Positions 1 through 12,419 of a stretch of 64,000 nt of DNA are shown here, in pieces. This DNA is from Sphaerodactylus townsendi. Lineage: Eukaryota. Both the position numbers and the translations under genes were made by a program. The number at the start of each line of letters is the position of its first letter. Within the stretch, counting starts at the first letter, position 1. The stretch is taken from NCBI RefSeq assembly GCF_021028975.2, contig NC_059429.1, forward strand, positions 109,182,001-109,246,000, read 5' to 3'. Under the pieces are notes generated by a model. The model was not told the origin of the DNA and searched no databases. It saw only the letters and a list, made by a program, of their open reading frames with translations.

Positions 1-596
1 GGCTCAGCTTGAACTCAGGTGAATGGGCTGGGCCAAGTCAGAAACTCATACTCACGCTTCATCCTGAGGCTGGGTGGTTTCAATCTTGGACAGCTGTGTG
101 AAATCAAAGACGCTTTTATGTTCCCATTTGCAATGGGCTCCTCCATGGTGGAGAGGAGATGCTGTCAGATCAGTGCCACACATGCACTTGAACTCTGGGA
201 TGTGTAGGAGCAATATGCCAGTACATACAGCAGAGGTATCTCTGATCAGTGAAGACTGATTGGGAGGGGGTAGCTGTAAGGTTCTGGCTTAGAACTGTGA
301 ACATCAACTGCAGAAAAACTTTGGATTGGATCCCACAGACCTTTTCCACCCGTGGGGAGAATTCTTAACTTGTGTAAGGAGCCTTCCCATGATGCACCTG
401 GGGAAGGCTGCTTAGCTCAGAGAAATGCACCATAGTTGAAACAAGTTTGCAGAACCAAACCCCACGAGCTTTAGATCATTGTGAAGAAGAAGAACAGGCT
501 TATTGTGGCTGAAGCCAGCTACTCTTGGAAGTATCTTGTAACTTTATCTTTAAAAAACAAACCAGGCAGAACTTCCATTGTCTTTGTTTACTATAG

Positions 597-758
597 TTGA
601 CAACGGCTTGAACCCTGCTTGGTCCCTGAAAACCTTTCAGTTCCACATCCATAACCCTGAATTTGCCTTCCTCCGCTTTGTGGTGTATGAAGAAGACATG
701 TTCAGTGACCAGAACTTCTTAGCTCAAGCCACGTTCCTGGTTAAAGGCCTGAAGACAG
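597..758 (+). CDS. PLCG1: Phospholipase C gamma 1, C2-domain exon
   Basis: Translates (V)[53 protein letters not shown](G), the PLC-gamma C2 signature; flanked by ctatag| and |gtacgt. Confidence 0.96.
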
Positions 759-1252
759 GTACGTTGTGGGAGCTGGTAGGGGGAACTCTCTTGGGAAGTA
801 CAGTTGTACAATGGTATTAATTTGCCAGTACTAATAAGAATGGTAGGTACAAGGAATCAGGAAACAGGGTGTTGCTGATCCAAAGTGTTGTGAGTTAAAA
901 CCTGAAAAGATCTTCAATGTTTATTAAAAGCTGAGAAATCTGCAGTGCTCCTTTGGGATGGGTGACGGTAGCCCTCACTTTGACTTGAGGCTGTTCTGTG
1001 CTAAACTAGACCTTTGGTTCATCAAGGTCAGTATTGCTTAGTCAAACTAGAAGGCTGTCCAGGATCTCAAGAGGAGTTCTTTTATTTCATTGACTGTCTG
1101 GTCCTTTCAAGTGGAGATGACTGGGATTGAACTTGGCACTGGGACTTTCTGCTTACCAAGCAGATGCTGAACCACTGAGCTAGGGCCCCTTTCCCCTCAT
1201 TTTGCCCCCAGTATTTGCTCTGGCCAGGGCCCAGGGACCCCAACCTCTGCCC

Positions 1253-1258
<6 letters not shown>

Positions 1259-1293
<35 letters not shown>
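1259..1293. repeat. (CA)n microsatellite
   Basis: About 17 perfect CA units. Confidence 0.97.
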
Positions 1294-1294
<1 letters not shown>

Positions 1295-1551
1295 AGCTGT
1301 ATTCCAGTCTCTCCTCATCTTCTCTCTATGTACCTTTCTTCCCTTTTGAAGAGAATACAAAATTCTCAGTTCAGTAAAACTCAAAACCAAATAACCAAAC
1401 AAGCCGTTTTTCTAAATTTTACATTGTCTTAAGGTGTGGATTAAAAAAAAATCCCTATTGTAAGATTAGTGGGCAGCGAAGGGAAATGATTGTGATTAGC
1501 TGACCCTCACCCTAACCTTTTTCAGTAAAGGGAATGTTCATTTTCTTTTAG

Positions 1552-1640
1552 GCTACCGAGCTGTGCCTTTGAAGAACAACTACAGCGAGGACCTGGAATT
1601 GGCCTCCTTGTTGGTCAAAATCGATATCTTGCCGGCCAAG
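1552..1640 (+). CDS. PLCG1: PLCG1 exon (end of C2 domain)
   Basis: (G)YRAVPLKNNYSEDLELASLLVKIDILPAK; acceptor ttttcttttag|, donor |gtgagt; phase matches the previous exon. Confidence 0.96.
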
Positions 1641-1831
1641 GTGAGTCCAAGGTTCTATTATGGTGGTTTTTAACCTTCCATATTTTATGTTCCACCAATC
1701 CCTCTGTCAACGAGCCTGGGTCCCATGATGACATGAAAATGAACTCCACCTTCTGTTAGAACATTTATATGATTATAGGTGTTCTGTTACTACTACCAGT
1801 GTGACACAAGGTGGATAATCATGGCAGGTAG

Positions 1832-1942
1832 GTGTATTGTCGAAGGCTTTCATGGCCAGATTCAACTGGTTGGTGTGGGTTTTCCAGGCTGCGTGGCGGT
1901 GGTTTGGTAGATCTTGTTCCTAAAGTTTTGCCTGCATCTGTA
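1832..1942 (-). mobile_element. Penelope-like element 3'/pLTR fragment, diverged
   Basis: tgtattgtcgaaggctttcatggc...gcctgcatctgt resembles the other PLE ends in the window (22811, 18049). Confidence 0.7.
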
Positions 1943-2069
1943 ACTATTCTTCTCAATTGCCATTCTTCTCAGTAATAGGGCAGGCTCTGCTCATCCACAA
2001 GGTTTTGGTTTTTTGAAACTCCAGCCAACGAGGCTGGACATTATAATTTTTTTGGTCTTTCCATTTAAG

Positions 2070-2257
2070 CAGGAGAATGGAGAAATTAGCCCCTTTGGGG
2101 CTTCAGCCTTCCGAGAGAGGTCAGGCGACTCTGCAAATCAGCTTGGGGCAAGCCGAGGCAGAGAAGGCTCCTTGGAGACTCACTATCAACAGCCGTTTGA
2201 GGACTTCCAGCTGTCACAGGAGCAGTTAGCAGACCACTTTGATAACCGAGATCGAAG
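2070..2257 (+). CDS. PLCG1: PLCG1 penultimate exon (C-terminal tail)
   Basis: QENGEISPFGASAFRERSGD...HYQQPFEDF...DHFDNRDR; YQQPF phosphotyrosine motif; tandem acceptor aag|cag| allows an alternative start at 2073; donor |gtgaga. Confidence 0.93.
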
Positions 2258-3035
2258 GTGAGAGATGGGAGGTGGGCACAGATTTCTTTCTAGGCGGAGT
2301 GCTCTGTGGTTCTGTTTCCACTGTGCTGCCAGTGGGTAGGGAGGGGTGAAGTACAGAGAGATGGGACAGAGTAGAGTTCCAAGAGGATGCTTTGTCATTC
2401 ATTCCAACACTTGTAGAGAAGGATAAGAATATTTTTTCTCCTCATGTGGCACGAGGCAGACCACAAAATAAGCATCACGCAGGACAGCCATAGCAATGCT
2501 ACTTCTTGACCAAATGACATCAAAAAGTGAGGCTCAGATGTTAGTCAGAAGAGACCCTGAATGTTAAGAACCCTGGCTACCTAACAGGTCCTGGGGGTGG
2601 AATCTTGAACCGAATGTGCAAAAACACGACCAAACTATTCTGTGACAGTTGCAGCTGCTGCATGCACAGCGCACTTACTAGAATCAGAAGGCATCCATTT
2701 CCTGAACAATGCACTGAGTGTAACTTGGCGATCATCTGCAGTTGGGGACCGGTGACTTTTCTCTAGCCGGTGTGGTGCAGTAGACTAGAAAAAAACATTT
2801 GGTTGCATTTCTTGCTCAGCTGTGAAGTCAAGAGTTTTTAGGCAAGCCTGAGCTTATTCAGGCTAGCCTCGTTCAGTGTTGTCGAGAGGACAAAACAGGC
2901 AAATCAGAATCTCCTGGGAAGCAGCACAGGATACGTTGCAGTTGGACAGGTTCACCTCTGCTGCTCCGGTGGGTAATCCCCCCCCCACCCTTAAGTTGTC
3001 TCTGGCTATGTTCGTCCCACTTTTCTTCCCTGCAG

Positions 3036-3078
3036 GGTACTGCGAAGGACCAGGGTGAATGGGGATAACCGCCTCTAG
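3036..3078 (+). CDS. PLCG1: PLCG1 last coding exon
   Basis: Acceptor ttttcttccctgcag|; (R)VLRRTRVNGDNRL*, the PLCG1 C-terminus; TAG at 3076-3078. Confidence 0.95.
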
Positions 3079-4498
3079 CCCAATTCAGCCAGCTGTAAAG
3101 CACCCCCAGTGCTTATGATTCTCACGGATTGCTGTGAACTGGTTTCTATGGAAACGGCACTGCTTTGGCCTACTTTCAGGCAGCTTTTCCGGTTTCTCTT
3201 CTGAAGGGTGTTCAAGTGGTGAATTTTTTTTTAAAAAAAGGATCAAACCATGAAACAATGGTTAAGTGTCTTGACCGCATCGTAATGAAACAAACTTTAA
3301 AACAGACATGCCTGTCTTGTTAACCCCTGGACGCAACTGCGTATCGTCAAATCCCTCCTTCCCCTCGACTACGACTACAAGAGAGGAGACTACCTCAGAG
3401 CTCCCCAAGTGTCCAGATGTTTTTGTAACACAAAATGCCTTTCTTCGTTGTGCAAAAGACTTTTAAAAAGAGCATCCTTCATATCGTCATCTCCAAGGCG
3501 AAAGGAACATTCGTGTCTTCTGTTTTGTCATACCGCACGTGCCCAGTGGGTTCAGCTAGCCCACTTTTTGTGACTACATCCAGCAACGCAAGCTCCCTGA
3601 GGCTTCCTCTGCAAGAGCAAGGGGGGAAGAGTCAGTATTAAGCATGCATCTTCTCTTGATTAGAGGCCATTTGGGGTTAGTAATTTTAAGTGCAAAAAGA
3701 TTTGCGGGGGGCGGAGGGGGAGGGAGAGAGGCTGTAGGACCACTAGTTCCTCTCCAGCACCTCCTCCTTTTGAGTGAACTCAGCCATGACCATTGTGAAG
3801 CTGTGTTATCTCAAATACTGCAGTCCACTGTATAGATATGACAACTGAGATATTTGTGGGGGGCGGGGGAGGGGAATACAGGGTAGGGAAGGGAACACCT
3901 GAGCCAAAGCCAGCTCTGCAGGGAATGGAGCTCTTGCCACTGAAGTCGACTTGCTTACTTTTCAAAGTTGAATTTCAGCTCCCACTCTGGCAGCAAAACA
4001 ATAGCGCCGCTGGGTGCAGCCGGTTCATCAGCAGCTGTGGACTGTCAAGGCCAGTACGCCTCAAGGTGGGCACTATTGATCTGCTCACATTTCCAAGCCA
4101 ACCCGCCTGCCCAGTCTGAGACGACTGTTATGGCTGATTTTGGGAAGAAGACATTTACACGTGGCTAGACCACCTTGCCTCTTCTGAGTAATCGTCTGCC
4201 AGCAGTTACGACATGGGGCATTTCTATCCTGATCCTGGGGGGACCAGCAGGAACAACTCGTGCAGTTTCTGATTGGCACAGTGATGCTACCCCAAGGCCA
4301 GAACTTAATATTTATTTAGGCTGCCAAACGGGGGGGGGGGGGGGGTTCATTCCAGTCTCCCAACAGTAAGCACCAATGTACACTGCAGTATTTACTATAT
4401 GTGTTTGTCTGACTTTTAAGAGGACTTTGGTTCTGCCTAACTATTATGGATTGTGATCAGATGGCTGTTTGGGGGAGGGGGATAGATCAGACAAACCA

Positions 4499-4504
4499 AT
4501 TAAA
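4499..4504 (+). promoter_or_regulatory. Candidate PLCG1 polyadenylation signal (ATTAAA)
   Basis: Variant hexamer about 1.4 kb after the stop, followed about 30 nt later by GT-rich ttgtgtttt. Confidence 0.4.
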
Positions 4505-5054
4505 TTCACAAGTTAACTTGTACTGAGTCATTGTGTTTTAGGGGAGTATGACAGTGTTTTCTGACATGGTAGCTATGAACAGCTGAGTTTTTCAGGAAAT
4601 GGGCATGGCCATTATGAGACAGGGTTTGCTACTGGCAATCCTCATACAAACTGAAAGGGTTTTCCATGGCTGCAACAGCAGCCACAGTCGCTGGAATAGT
4701 AGGATGACCTGCCTTTCCTTAGCCTGTAGTTCCATTTTCCCCTTCTGCCTCCCGTGGGGCATCTTTCATTCTTTCTGTGGTTCTTTTGCAAAATGAGGAA
4801 AGAGATACTGTGTGGCTCTGCCTCCTTGGGCTGCCATTTTGAGTTTGGCTGCACAGGCAGCTGCTTTGGGGTGATGCTTCACACCCCTTCTCAAAACTTC
4901 AGAGGTGCCTGGAGGCTGAAAAGGTTTGGAGCTCTGGAGAAGAGCAATGGCAGAAACAAAACACACAAGCAGATCTGTCTTTCGTTGCACTTGGATTTGG
5001 CTCATGGGGCTGACAGGCAACGCTGTCCATTTGGTATACCCTCTTCATCTAGAA

Positions 5055-5180
5055 CAGTGGTGGCGAACCTATGGCACTCCAGATGTTCATGGACTACAAT
5101 TCCTATCAGCCCCTGCCAGCAGCGGCTGATGGGAATTGTAGTCCATGAACATCTGGAGTGCCATAGGTTCGCCACCATGG
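5055..5180. mobile_element. Palindromic hAT-type MITE
   Basis: Near-perfect inverted repeat (cagtggtggcgaacctatggcactccagatgttcatggactacaattcc...); 8-bp TSD atctagaa/atctataa. Confidence 0.88.
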
Positions 5181-6552
5181 ATCTATAAAATCATTTGTTG
5201 CTCTGCATCCTAGCCCGTGTTATAACTCACCTGCAAGACAGTTCACTCGTGAAAGGCTGCTACTGCAGTTATCGTGTTTATTGCATCCATTATTGTTTGG
5301 CCCTCCCTGCTTGCGGTGGTGACTAAGTGAAAGATACCCAGTTGCTTAGGCAGTTTTGGTGCTGGCGGTAGAAGATAAGGTTGCAGTGAGTTTATTCAGT
5401 GTGAAGCTACCTCAACTCAAAGCCAATGAAACTCAATCAGCGGTTATCAACCGTCAAACTGGCTCCCATTTGCACTTTGGCACAGCAGATATAGCAAGTT
5501 TTAGCTTTCACTTAAGGCCAAAAAAAACTAGAACGTGGTATAATTGAGCAGGAAAATCTATTTTGCTTGCTGCCAAGTTTGAAATTAAGAGTTTGCACCC
5601 TTGATTCACCTTAGGTCTTTTTTTAAACAGATAGGCAGCACCATGGAGTACTGCTATATGCCTGTACTATGTAATTACAATGTTTATGGTGTGATGTGGT
5701 GCTTGCACGACACAGGAAGCTACTGCTGAGGATGGGTTTCAGGGGGATGTTTGGGCACCACCCAGAATATTTGTTTGCTTGAGTGTATTGCAAGCCACAG
5801 TTGAAAAATGTGGAATCCTAAAAAGATGGCCAAGGTAGAATCAGTTCAAGCAGATTGTCCAAATGTACCCTAGAGGCCCAAGGCTCTCTAGCACTGTGAG
5901 GGGCCACGATGGGATCAGGCCTCATTCATTTTTTTAAGAGTCCTTTTTTTTTCTGCAGAGAACTTCAGGCCACCTGAATGCAGATTCTTGCAGCATGGGG
6001 TTTATTCTTTCAAAATCATTGCCTTTTTTACATTTTTAAAGTGTTTTCTGCCACCACGCTGCCAGAGAACATCCCAGTCTCTGCTAAATTCATAATACAT
6101 TCTGAGCTAAATCAAGCTGTTTTCAGTGGGGTGGTGGGGGGTGGTGGTGTGTGACTCCTAGTTCTCTTAAGAACAAGGAAACATAAAGGTGCCGAAACAA
6201 AATCCTGGAAGATGCTTCTGAAGACTTCAAGTGAGGCATTTCTCCCGTGGTTGCCCATCAACCTCATACCTGTGTTCTCCTTTGCATTTCCTCATATTCC
6301 TTCCTTTCTGATTCTTAGAATCTGTGCTATGGTTTCAACACTAACTGAAGGCAAGATAACCAGCCTCCCCAAAGGTTTCTCAATTCCCCATGCCTGGTTT
6401 GTGTCCTCAAGGTCCCCATGACACTTCCTCATCTGACAACCAGCATGGCGGACTTCTGTTTTATTACCATGCAATGGTAACCTTCCCCCGCCCCGCCCCG
6501 CCCCGCCCCCTGGAATACAAGGAGGACTCAAAGGTTACATTTTTCCTTATTG

Positions 6553-6558
6553 TTTATT
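6553..6558 (-). promoter_or_regulatory. Candidate distal ZHX3 polyadenylation signal (AATAAA on -)
   Basis: tttatt on +; on - it is preceded by U-rich and UGUA-containing sequence (6590-6860) typical of mRNA 3' ends; other candidates exist (5277, 5391, 11642). Confidence 0.35.
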
Positions 6559-8499
6559 TAAGAACAACCAAATGTCTCATTTCACCAAACTGTACAAGCA
6601 AGCACTTTCCCCACCCTCTTAGCCACATATACAAAATGAAGGGGAACTTGCAGTTCACTTCGCAGAAGTGGCATCCTTGCTGAACAACAGCGAGTGACAT
6701 CTTAGGACCGGCACCAGTTCCCTCCGGCAGAAGAACTGGTCACCACCTGCGGTTTCAGCTTTTTCCTCTTTGAGAAGTTTTAGCAAAAGTACAAAAGAAC
6801 CTTTTAATTTCTTTTTTTTACATAATTTGCAAGCCCTACCAAAAAAAGTTACAAAAATGAACCCCCTACCCAAGTAACGTTAAAGATTGGGTGAGGTAGC
6901 CCCATTGCAAGAAAGGCCACCTTCTATTGAAGGCCCTTCACTGCTACATCATCGTGACCTTGTGGATAAATCAAACCACTAAGAGTACTCAGCATTCCAT
7001 GATCGGATATATAAAAAGTAGCTACCCCCCAGTCTGCAAATGTGAAGCGCTTGGCAATCTACTCAGAAGAAGACAGCGATGTAGCACTGCAGATCTTTCG
7101 CCAGGCATTCAAATAAGTCTTATCTGGACCTTTCAGTATGAAACATGCTACCCTCTCCCCCAATTTGGGGGGGCGGGGGTAAGAGATGAGGAAGAGGGTC
7201 ACTCTCAGTCAGACATGACATATAAGGGAAACAGTTTTTGCACTGGAATAGATTGCTAGCAAATTCTGAAGGGAAAAAAGCATCAGCAGTTTGGGCTGGT
7301 AGCTGCTTGCTTCAGACAATCTTCTCAAAGGATCAACAGGAGCCAGATACCGCTGTTCTGTTGCTGAAGACTCACAGATAAGATACCAAATGCCGAGTAA
7401 AAGTGGGAGCCCTTCAACTGGTGTGACAAAAATTTTACGCTAACCAGAAATGAGAAAGATGCCGGCCTTTGGGTCTTTAGAGGCACTTCAGGCCTGTTTT
7501 ACAGAGAGAAAAAACCCCAACCACCTACAAGCATGCATCAAGTCCGTGGGCTTTGTGTCCGATGCTCTCTTATGGCAGATCTCAGCTCTAGACAGACTGA
7601 ACATCCCAGCTGCAGCCAGACACTCAAGCATGTTGTCCTCACATCTCTTCAACTGATTGGGCATAAGCCACTTCAGGGGTTCCTAAGTCAGGCGTACCTT
7701 CGTTTCTGCCATATACGTTTCATTTAAAAAATGGTTCCTGACAGGTTGCATTTCAACACTGCTTTCAGAATCTGAGACACACAGTCAGCCAAATTTCCTT
7801 AGTGCTAGGTAACAAAACATACATCCCTGGGTATACAGACACAGGAATCCTGTTGCGATTTCAGCACCATCTCTGCTGAAGGAAGCGTGTAAGGGCATGA
7901 ATGTTATTTAGCTCAATGGGGTTTACACATGATGAATTCTAAAACAGACTGACTTCTGGGTCCGTTGCAAAAACACTTATGTGTATTCCTTTGCTGGCAG
8001 GGTGGAGTACTACTTACTGGTCCCCTCACTCACCATTCCATTCTCAACAGTTTTATAATGTGTGATTCCCATTCCAATGGTTAGTTCAATCATTTTTAGA
8101 GAAGAGTTTTTGTGAGGATGACATTAACATTCAAGTATGACTAATAAATACCATATGAAGGGACTCGGTGTGGTTTGCAGCTGTACACACTCCAATCCCT
8201 TCGCATGATCTAAAAACATCCTGCATTCTGGTTCAGAATTTCGTCACATTTCAAGTTTTTAAGAAAAAAATTAGTGGGCAGTGTAATATTGGGAGTGTAA
8301 GATTTCAAATGATCTTGCCTGCGGATGATCAGCTTCAAACCAGTTCCAGATTCGAAATGGCCCACGAAAGCTGCCTCGTGCCGAGTAGTACCATTGCAAT
8401 ACTATCCACCTAGCCTGACAGCCACCTGGAGCACTGCTGTCGAGCCAGCGTATCTACTAAGCACCACCAGCTGGTCTCACAGTTTGAGAACAGTCCGTT

Positions 8500-10750
8500 A
8501 AATACCATGAAGGGTCCTTCTCCCTTGAGAACAAGAGGACGTCTTGAGTGGGCGTTTCCCACCACTTGGTACATGGCAGGAACAACTTTTTCTTCTTCCT
8601 GCTCCTGTACGGGGAGTCACCTTGCCCAGTATGATATTTCCTAGGGCAGCCTTAGCTTGATTAAACATAACTAAATAACTGAAATTAACTCCAAATACAA
8701 ACATAACTTTAAGAACATGAAAAACTAATAATGAAAATGACAGATAGCAAGCAGAAGTACTTGACCAGTATATCCTAGAAAACACAGCCTTTCCTGTTCC
8801 TCAAGAACAATTGAGGATGACCATGGGTTGTGTGTGTCAAGTTGTCCCGCTCTCAAGGGACAAGGACCCTTCACAGCAAGTATCCAATGGACCATGCTGC
8901 CTTGAAGGCAGGAGGACAGCTTGAGCATCCCCCAGCAGAGTCCCCAATTCAAGGAGGGTCATCAACTATGGTTCCAAGATATGCCGTAAGACCCTGCGGC
9001 TGAATGCGGCCTCAGCTGAACCATAGGTGTTCAGTATATAGTGTTTGACAAAGGTTGACATGTGTGACCAGGTGGTAGCCTGACAGTTTTCCTCTGGAGA
9101 GGCGTACTTAAGTAATGCCGCATGAACTGCTGTACTTCGGATGGACTGTGCTGTTATGCCCACTAGAACTGTAATGCTTCTGGCTTTATTCACTTCTATA
9201 ATACAAGCCTTCAGGGTGGAACTGACAGCGGCATTAGACATAGGCTGGCCCTTTTTTGGAAGACTAATAGAAACAAACATTTCCTCGGGTTTTCAGTCCT
9301 TTTTAGAACTTGAGGGCTCAGCATACATCCAGGGTATGCCAAAATTTCTCCTTCCTACGTGAAGGACTTGGACAGAAGGACGGAAGTATCAGTTCTAGAG
9401 TTAGATGGAACTTGGATGCATCTTCCAGTGGGAGGAGAGGATCTGGTCTTAGAATCATATCCTTCTGGAAAACTCAAGAGCTCCAACAATAGGTAGAGCT
9501 CCCAACTCCATACTCACCGAGCCAAGGTAACTGACACTAAGAATAATATTTTCATGCGCAGCCATTTCAGTGCAATCTCAGATAATGGCTCACATCCATG
9601 AGCACCATCGTGACCATGTGGAGACTCCAAGTGGGGAACCGATGTATTTCTTGTGGACTTATCTGTGAGATCCCCTTTGATAAACTGCCTGGATATGCGG
9701 GTGTCTAGTAACTGGTTCTCCCTTGTAGGATGGCAAAAACATAGTAAGTGCAGCCAGCAGGTGGGGTAGAGTTGCTGCTCAGGCCAGACATCTGTCCATC
9801 ATGGAGGAACTCTCGTAAGGAAGGGATACTAGGCCTGAGCGGGTCAACTTTTTTCTCTCTGACACCATCTATGGAATGCCTTCCAATCGAGCTATAGATC
9901 TGCATGGTGGACGGTCTACAAGAGGCTAACATGATGTCCGCCACTGCTGGAGAACAGTTGTGCTTCAACAGTCTTGATGGTGTAACCTCCATGCGGTTAG
10001 CTTGAGCCACTGGGGCCAAGGATGTAATAAAGACCCCTTGTGCAGAAGGTCTAAAACTGCTGGCAATCTGAGGGGTGGGGCTGTTGACAGTTCCTGCAGG
10101 AAATTGAGCCTTGGGTGACGTGGCCACTACTATTGCCAACGCCTTGAGTAGTTTTATGCACCTCAACAGTTTTGGGCCCAAAATGGTGGCAGTTCCTCCT
10201 TCAGGGCTCAGGGAATGCTGCTGTGTCTTCCCACCACAGCCACTAGACACCCGGAGTGCCTTTGGGTCAGCCATGTCAGCTCCTGGGCACAATCTGCCTC
10301 ACTGCGTGTTCTCCTGAACACTGCATGTTCTTCTGGTTCACAGTGGCACTGGCCTTGGCTCAGCTTCTGAAAGGAAGCCAGCAGCCGGGGGTTTTTATGC
10401 TTTTTTCACAGTGCAGTTAGCTCACTCCATCTCTTGTCCATCAAGAGGAAAGGCCGGGAAAAAGGAAGTAGGGCAAAGAACAACCGAAGGGAGTTAAAGG
10501 AACACAAGAGATACTAAGAAGCTTAGAAATGTAGAAAACCAGAGAGTGAAGGAAAAATTTAAGTAGCACGAGGACAAAGCCTACTCTAATTTCTGTCTCC
10601 CTTTCCTAGGCAGGAAAAGAACTGAAGGTGAGGAATAGGAATAGAGGAATAGGAAGCAGAAGAAAAAGTTGTTCCTGCCTCCCTGTATCAAGGGGTGGGA
10701 ATCGCCCAATCAAGGTCTCCTCCTGTCTTCAAGGCCCCAGCAGTCCAGGC
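8500..10750 (-). mobile_element. Internally deleted DIRS-type (tyrosine recombinase) retrotransposon
   Basis: Decayed YR: AQSIRSTA...CQATTWSHMSTFVKHY...SAEAAFSRRVL (8966-9280) and MLASCRPSTMQIY (about 9900); inverted termini 8520-8610 vs 10650-10735; internal complementary region 8851-8916. Confidence 0.88.
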
Positions 10751-12129
10751 TTCAGCCCTTTTTTCCACAATGAGCTGCTTTAGCAGCATTAAGCCTATGA
10801 TTTCACAGTAAGCAAAAGGAAGTGCAACTTTTAAAGTACAAATTTTGACTCAAAGAGCAACTAGAGTAAGGTGAGTCAGTACAATCTGGATCTGGTCTGT
10901 GTTCAGTGACTGCTAGGCATCTTTCGAAGTACACTATCCTTACCAGAAGGGTGAATATGTGCACAAATATAATGTCAACTGAGAAAATACAACTGAAATG
11001 AAAGAAATTGCATAGTGTGGCAAACAGTAATCATTACAAAGAACCAGGTAAGCACTTTTAGAAAACTGAATTTTAACAATCTACACAATTAAGTGCCTAA
11101 TAAAGTGTCTAATAAATTTGAATATTACAAACTAGCCAAATGATTCTATTCTGAACCAGCAAGTTCCAATACTTTCCCCCACAAAAGGGGGTGGAGCTTA
11201 CAAAAATGGATACTGTGTGAATTTCTAATTCTCAAGCATTTGACTTTTCCATATATATCAGTGCATATATAACACCCCCTCCCCAACCCAGATTATTAAT
11301 TTGTTTCACCAGCAATCATTCTGTCTCCAGCCATATTAAATTTACTATCCACAGCAATGGGGAAATCAAGGACAAAAAAGCCTACAGTCCTTTCTCCACA
11401 CAAGTATCTGTTCACACAAACTGATCTGAATTCTTACATGTATGTGGGTAGTGCTTCCTGAAACAAGAAATGCTTCTGCCAAACCACTAAAAGGAGATCA
11501 ATATCTGTTTTGCAAATACCAATTTGCACTTGAGTTTTGCTTCACAACCTGCATGTCAACTTCAAAACCTGCATATTTTGCCAAACAGAAAACACAAGGT
11601 ACTAGAAACTGTACTGCAATTCTCCACTCTGTAGAATGCAATTTATTAAAATCCCCAAACCTTAATTAAAATTTAGCAGGTTTTAATCTAAACTGAATTA
11701 CAGGTGAAATAATGCAGTGATAATGAATTAGTACAAACCTTCAAGCTGACTGAGTACCAGGCACATGGTCCACATGTATGGAAATGAACTTGTTCCCTGC
11801 AAGGGCACCCTTTAATTCGGTTCAGTGGATGATAATTATTCTATGTACACCTCTCTGCCCACAGAACAGGTCCCCTCCAAGGAAATGAAGCGAACAGGGG
11901 CTACCAACTGGAATTCACACAGCCACAAAGCATCATTCAATCAAGGCATAGATGTCCCAACCACCACCTTGACCTTTACACTTTACCGACTTGTACCCTC
12001 ACATTACTAGTGTCTATGTTGTGATAGGTGTTGATATTGGGTGCTTGCCTATTGCATGCAACAGAAACATTTGGTCACAGATCCAGGCTAAACCAGCTCT
12101 GTTTTGATGCAACACATCTTGATGGTACA

Positions 12130-12419
12130 TGGCGTAGGAGATTAAGAGCTCGTGTATCTAATCTGGAGGAACTGGGTTTGATTCCCAGCTCTGCCGCCTG
12201 AGCTGTGGAGGCTTATCTGGGGAATTCAGATTAGCCCGTACACTCGCACACACGCCAGCTGGGTGACCTTGGGCTAGTCACAGCTTCTCGGAGCTCTCTC
12301 AGCCCTACCTACCTCACAGGGTGTTTGTTGTGAGGGGGAAAGGGCAAGGAGCTTGTAAGCCCCTTTGAGTCTCCTGCAGGAGAGAAAGGGGGGATATAAA
12401 TTCAAACTCTTCTTCTTCT
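12130..12419 (+). mobile_element. tRNA-derived SINE, Squam3-like (young)
   Basis: A/B-box-like head (tggcgtaggagattaagagc...gggtttgattccc), (TCT)n tail, highly similar to copies at 26973 and 31302. Confidence 0.88.

Noticed and set aside
9705-10292. 195-aa ORF as a novel gene
   Set aside because: Fusion of decayed DIRS segments across a deletion; neighbouring frames are broken
12130-12200. tRNA gene
   Set aside because: SINE head continuing into a multi-copy body; no proper cloverleaf seen
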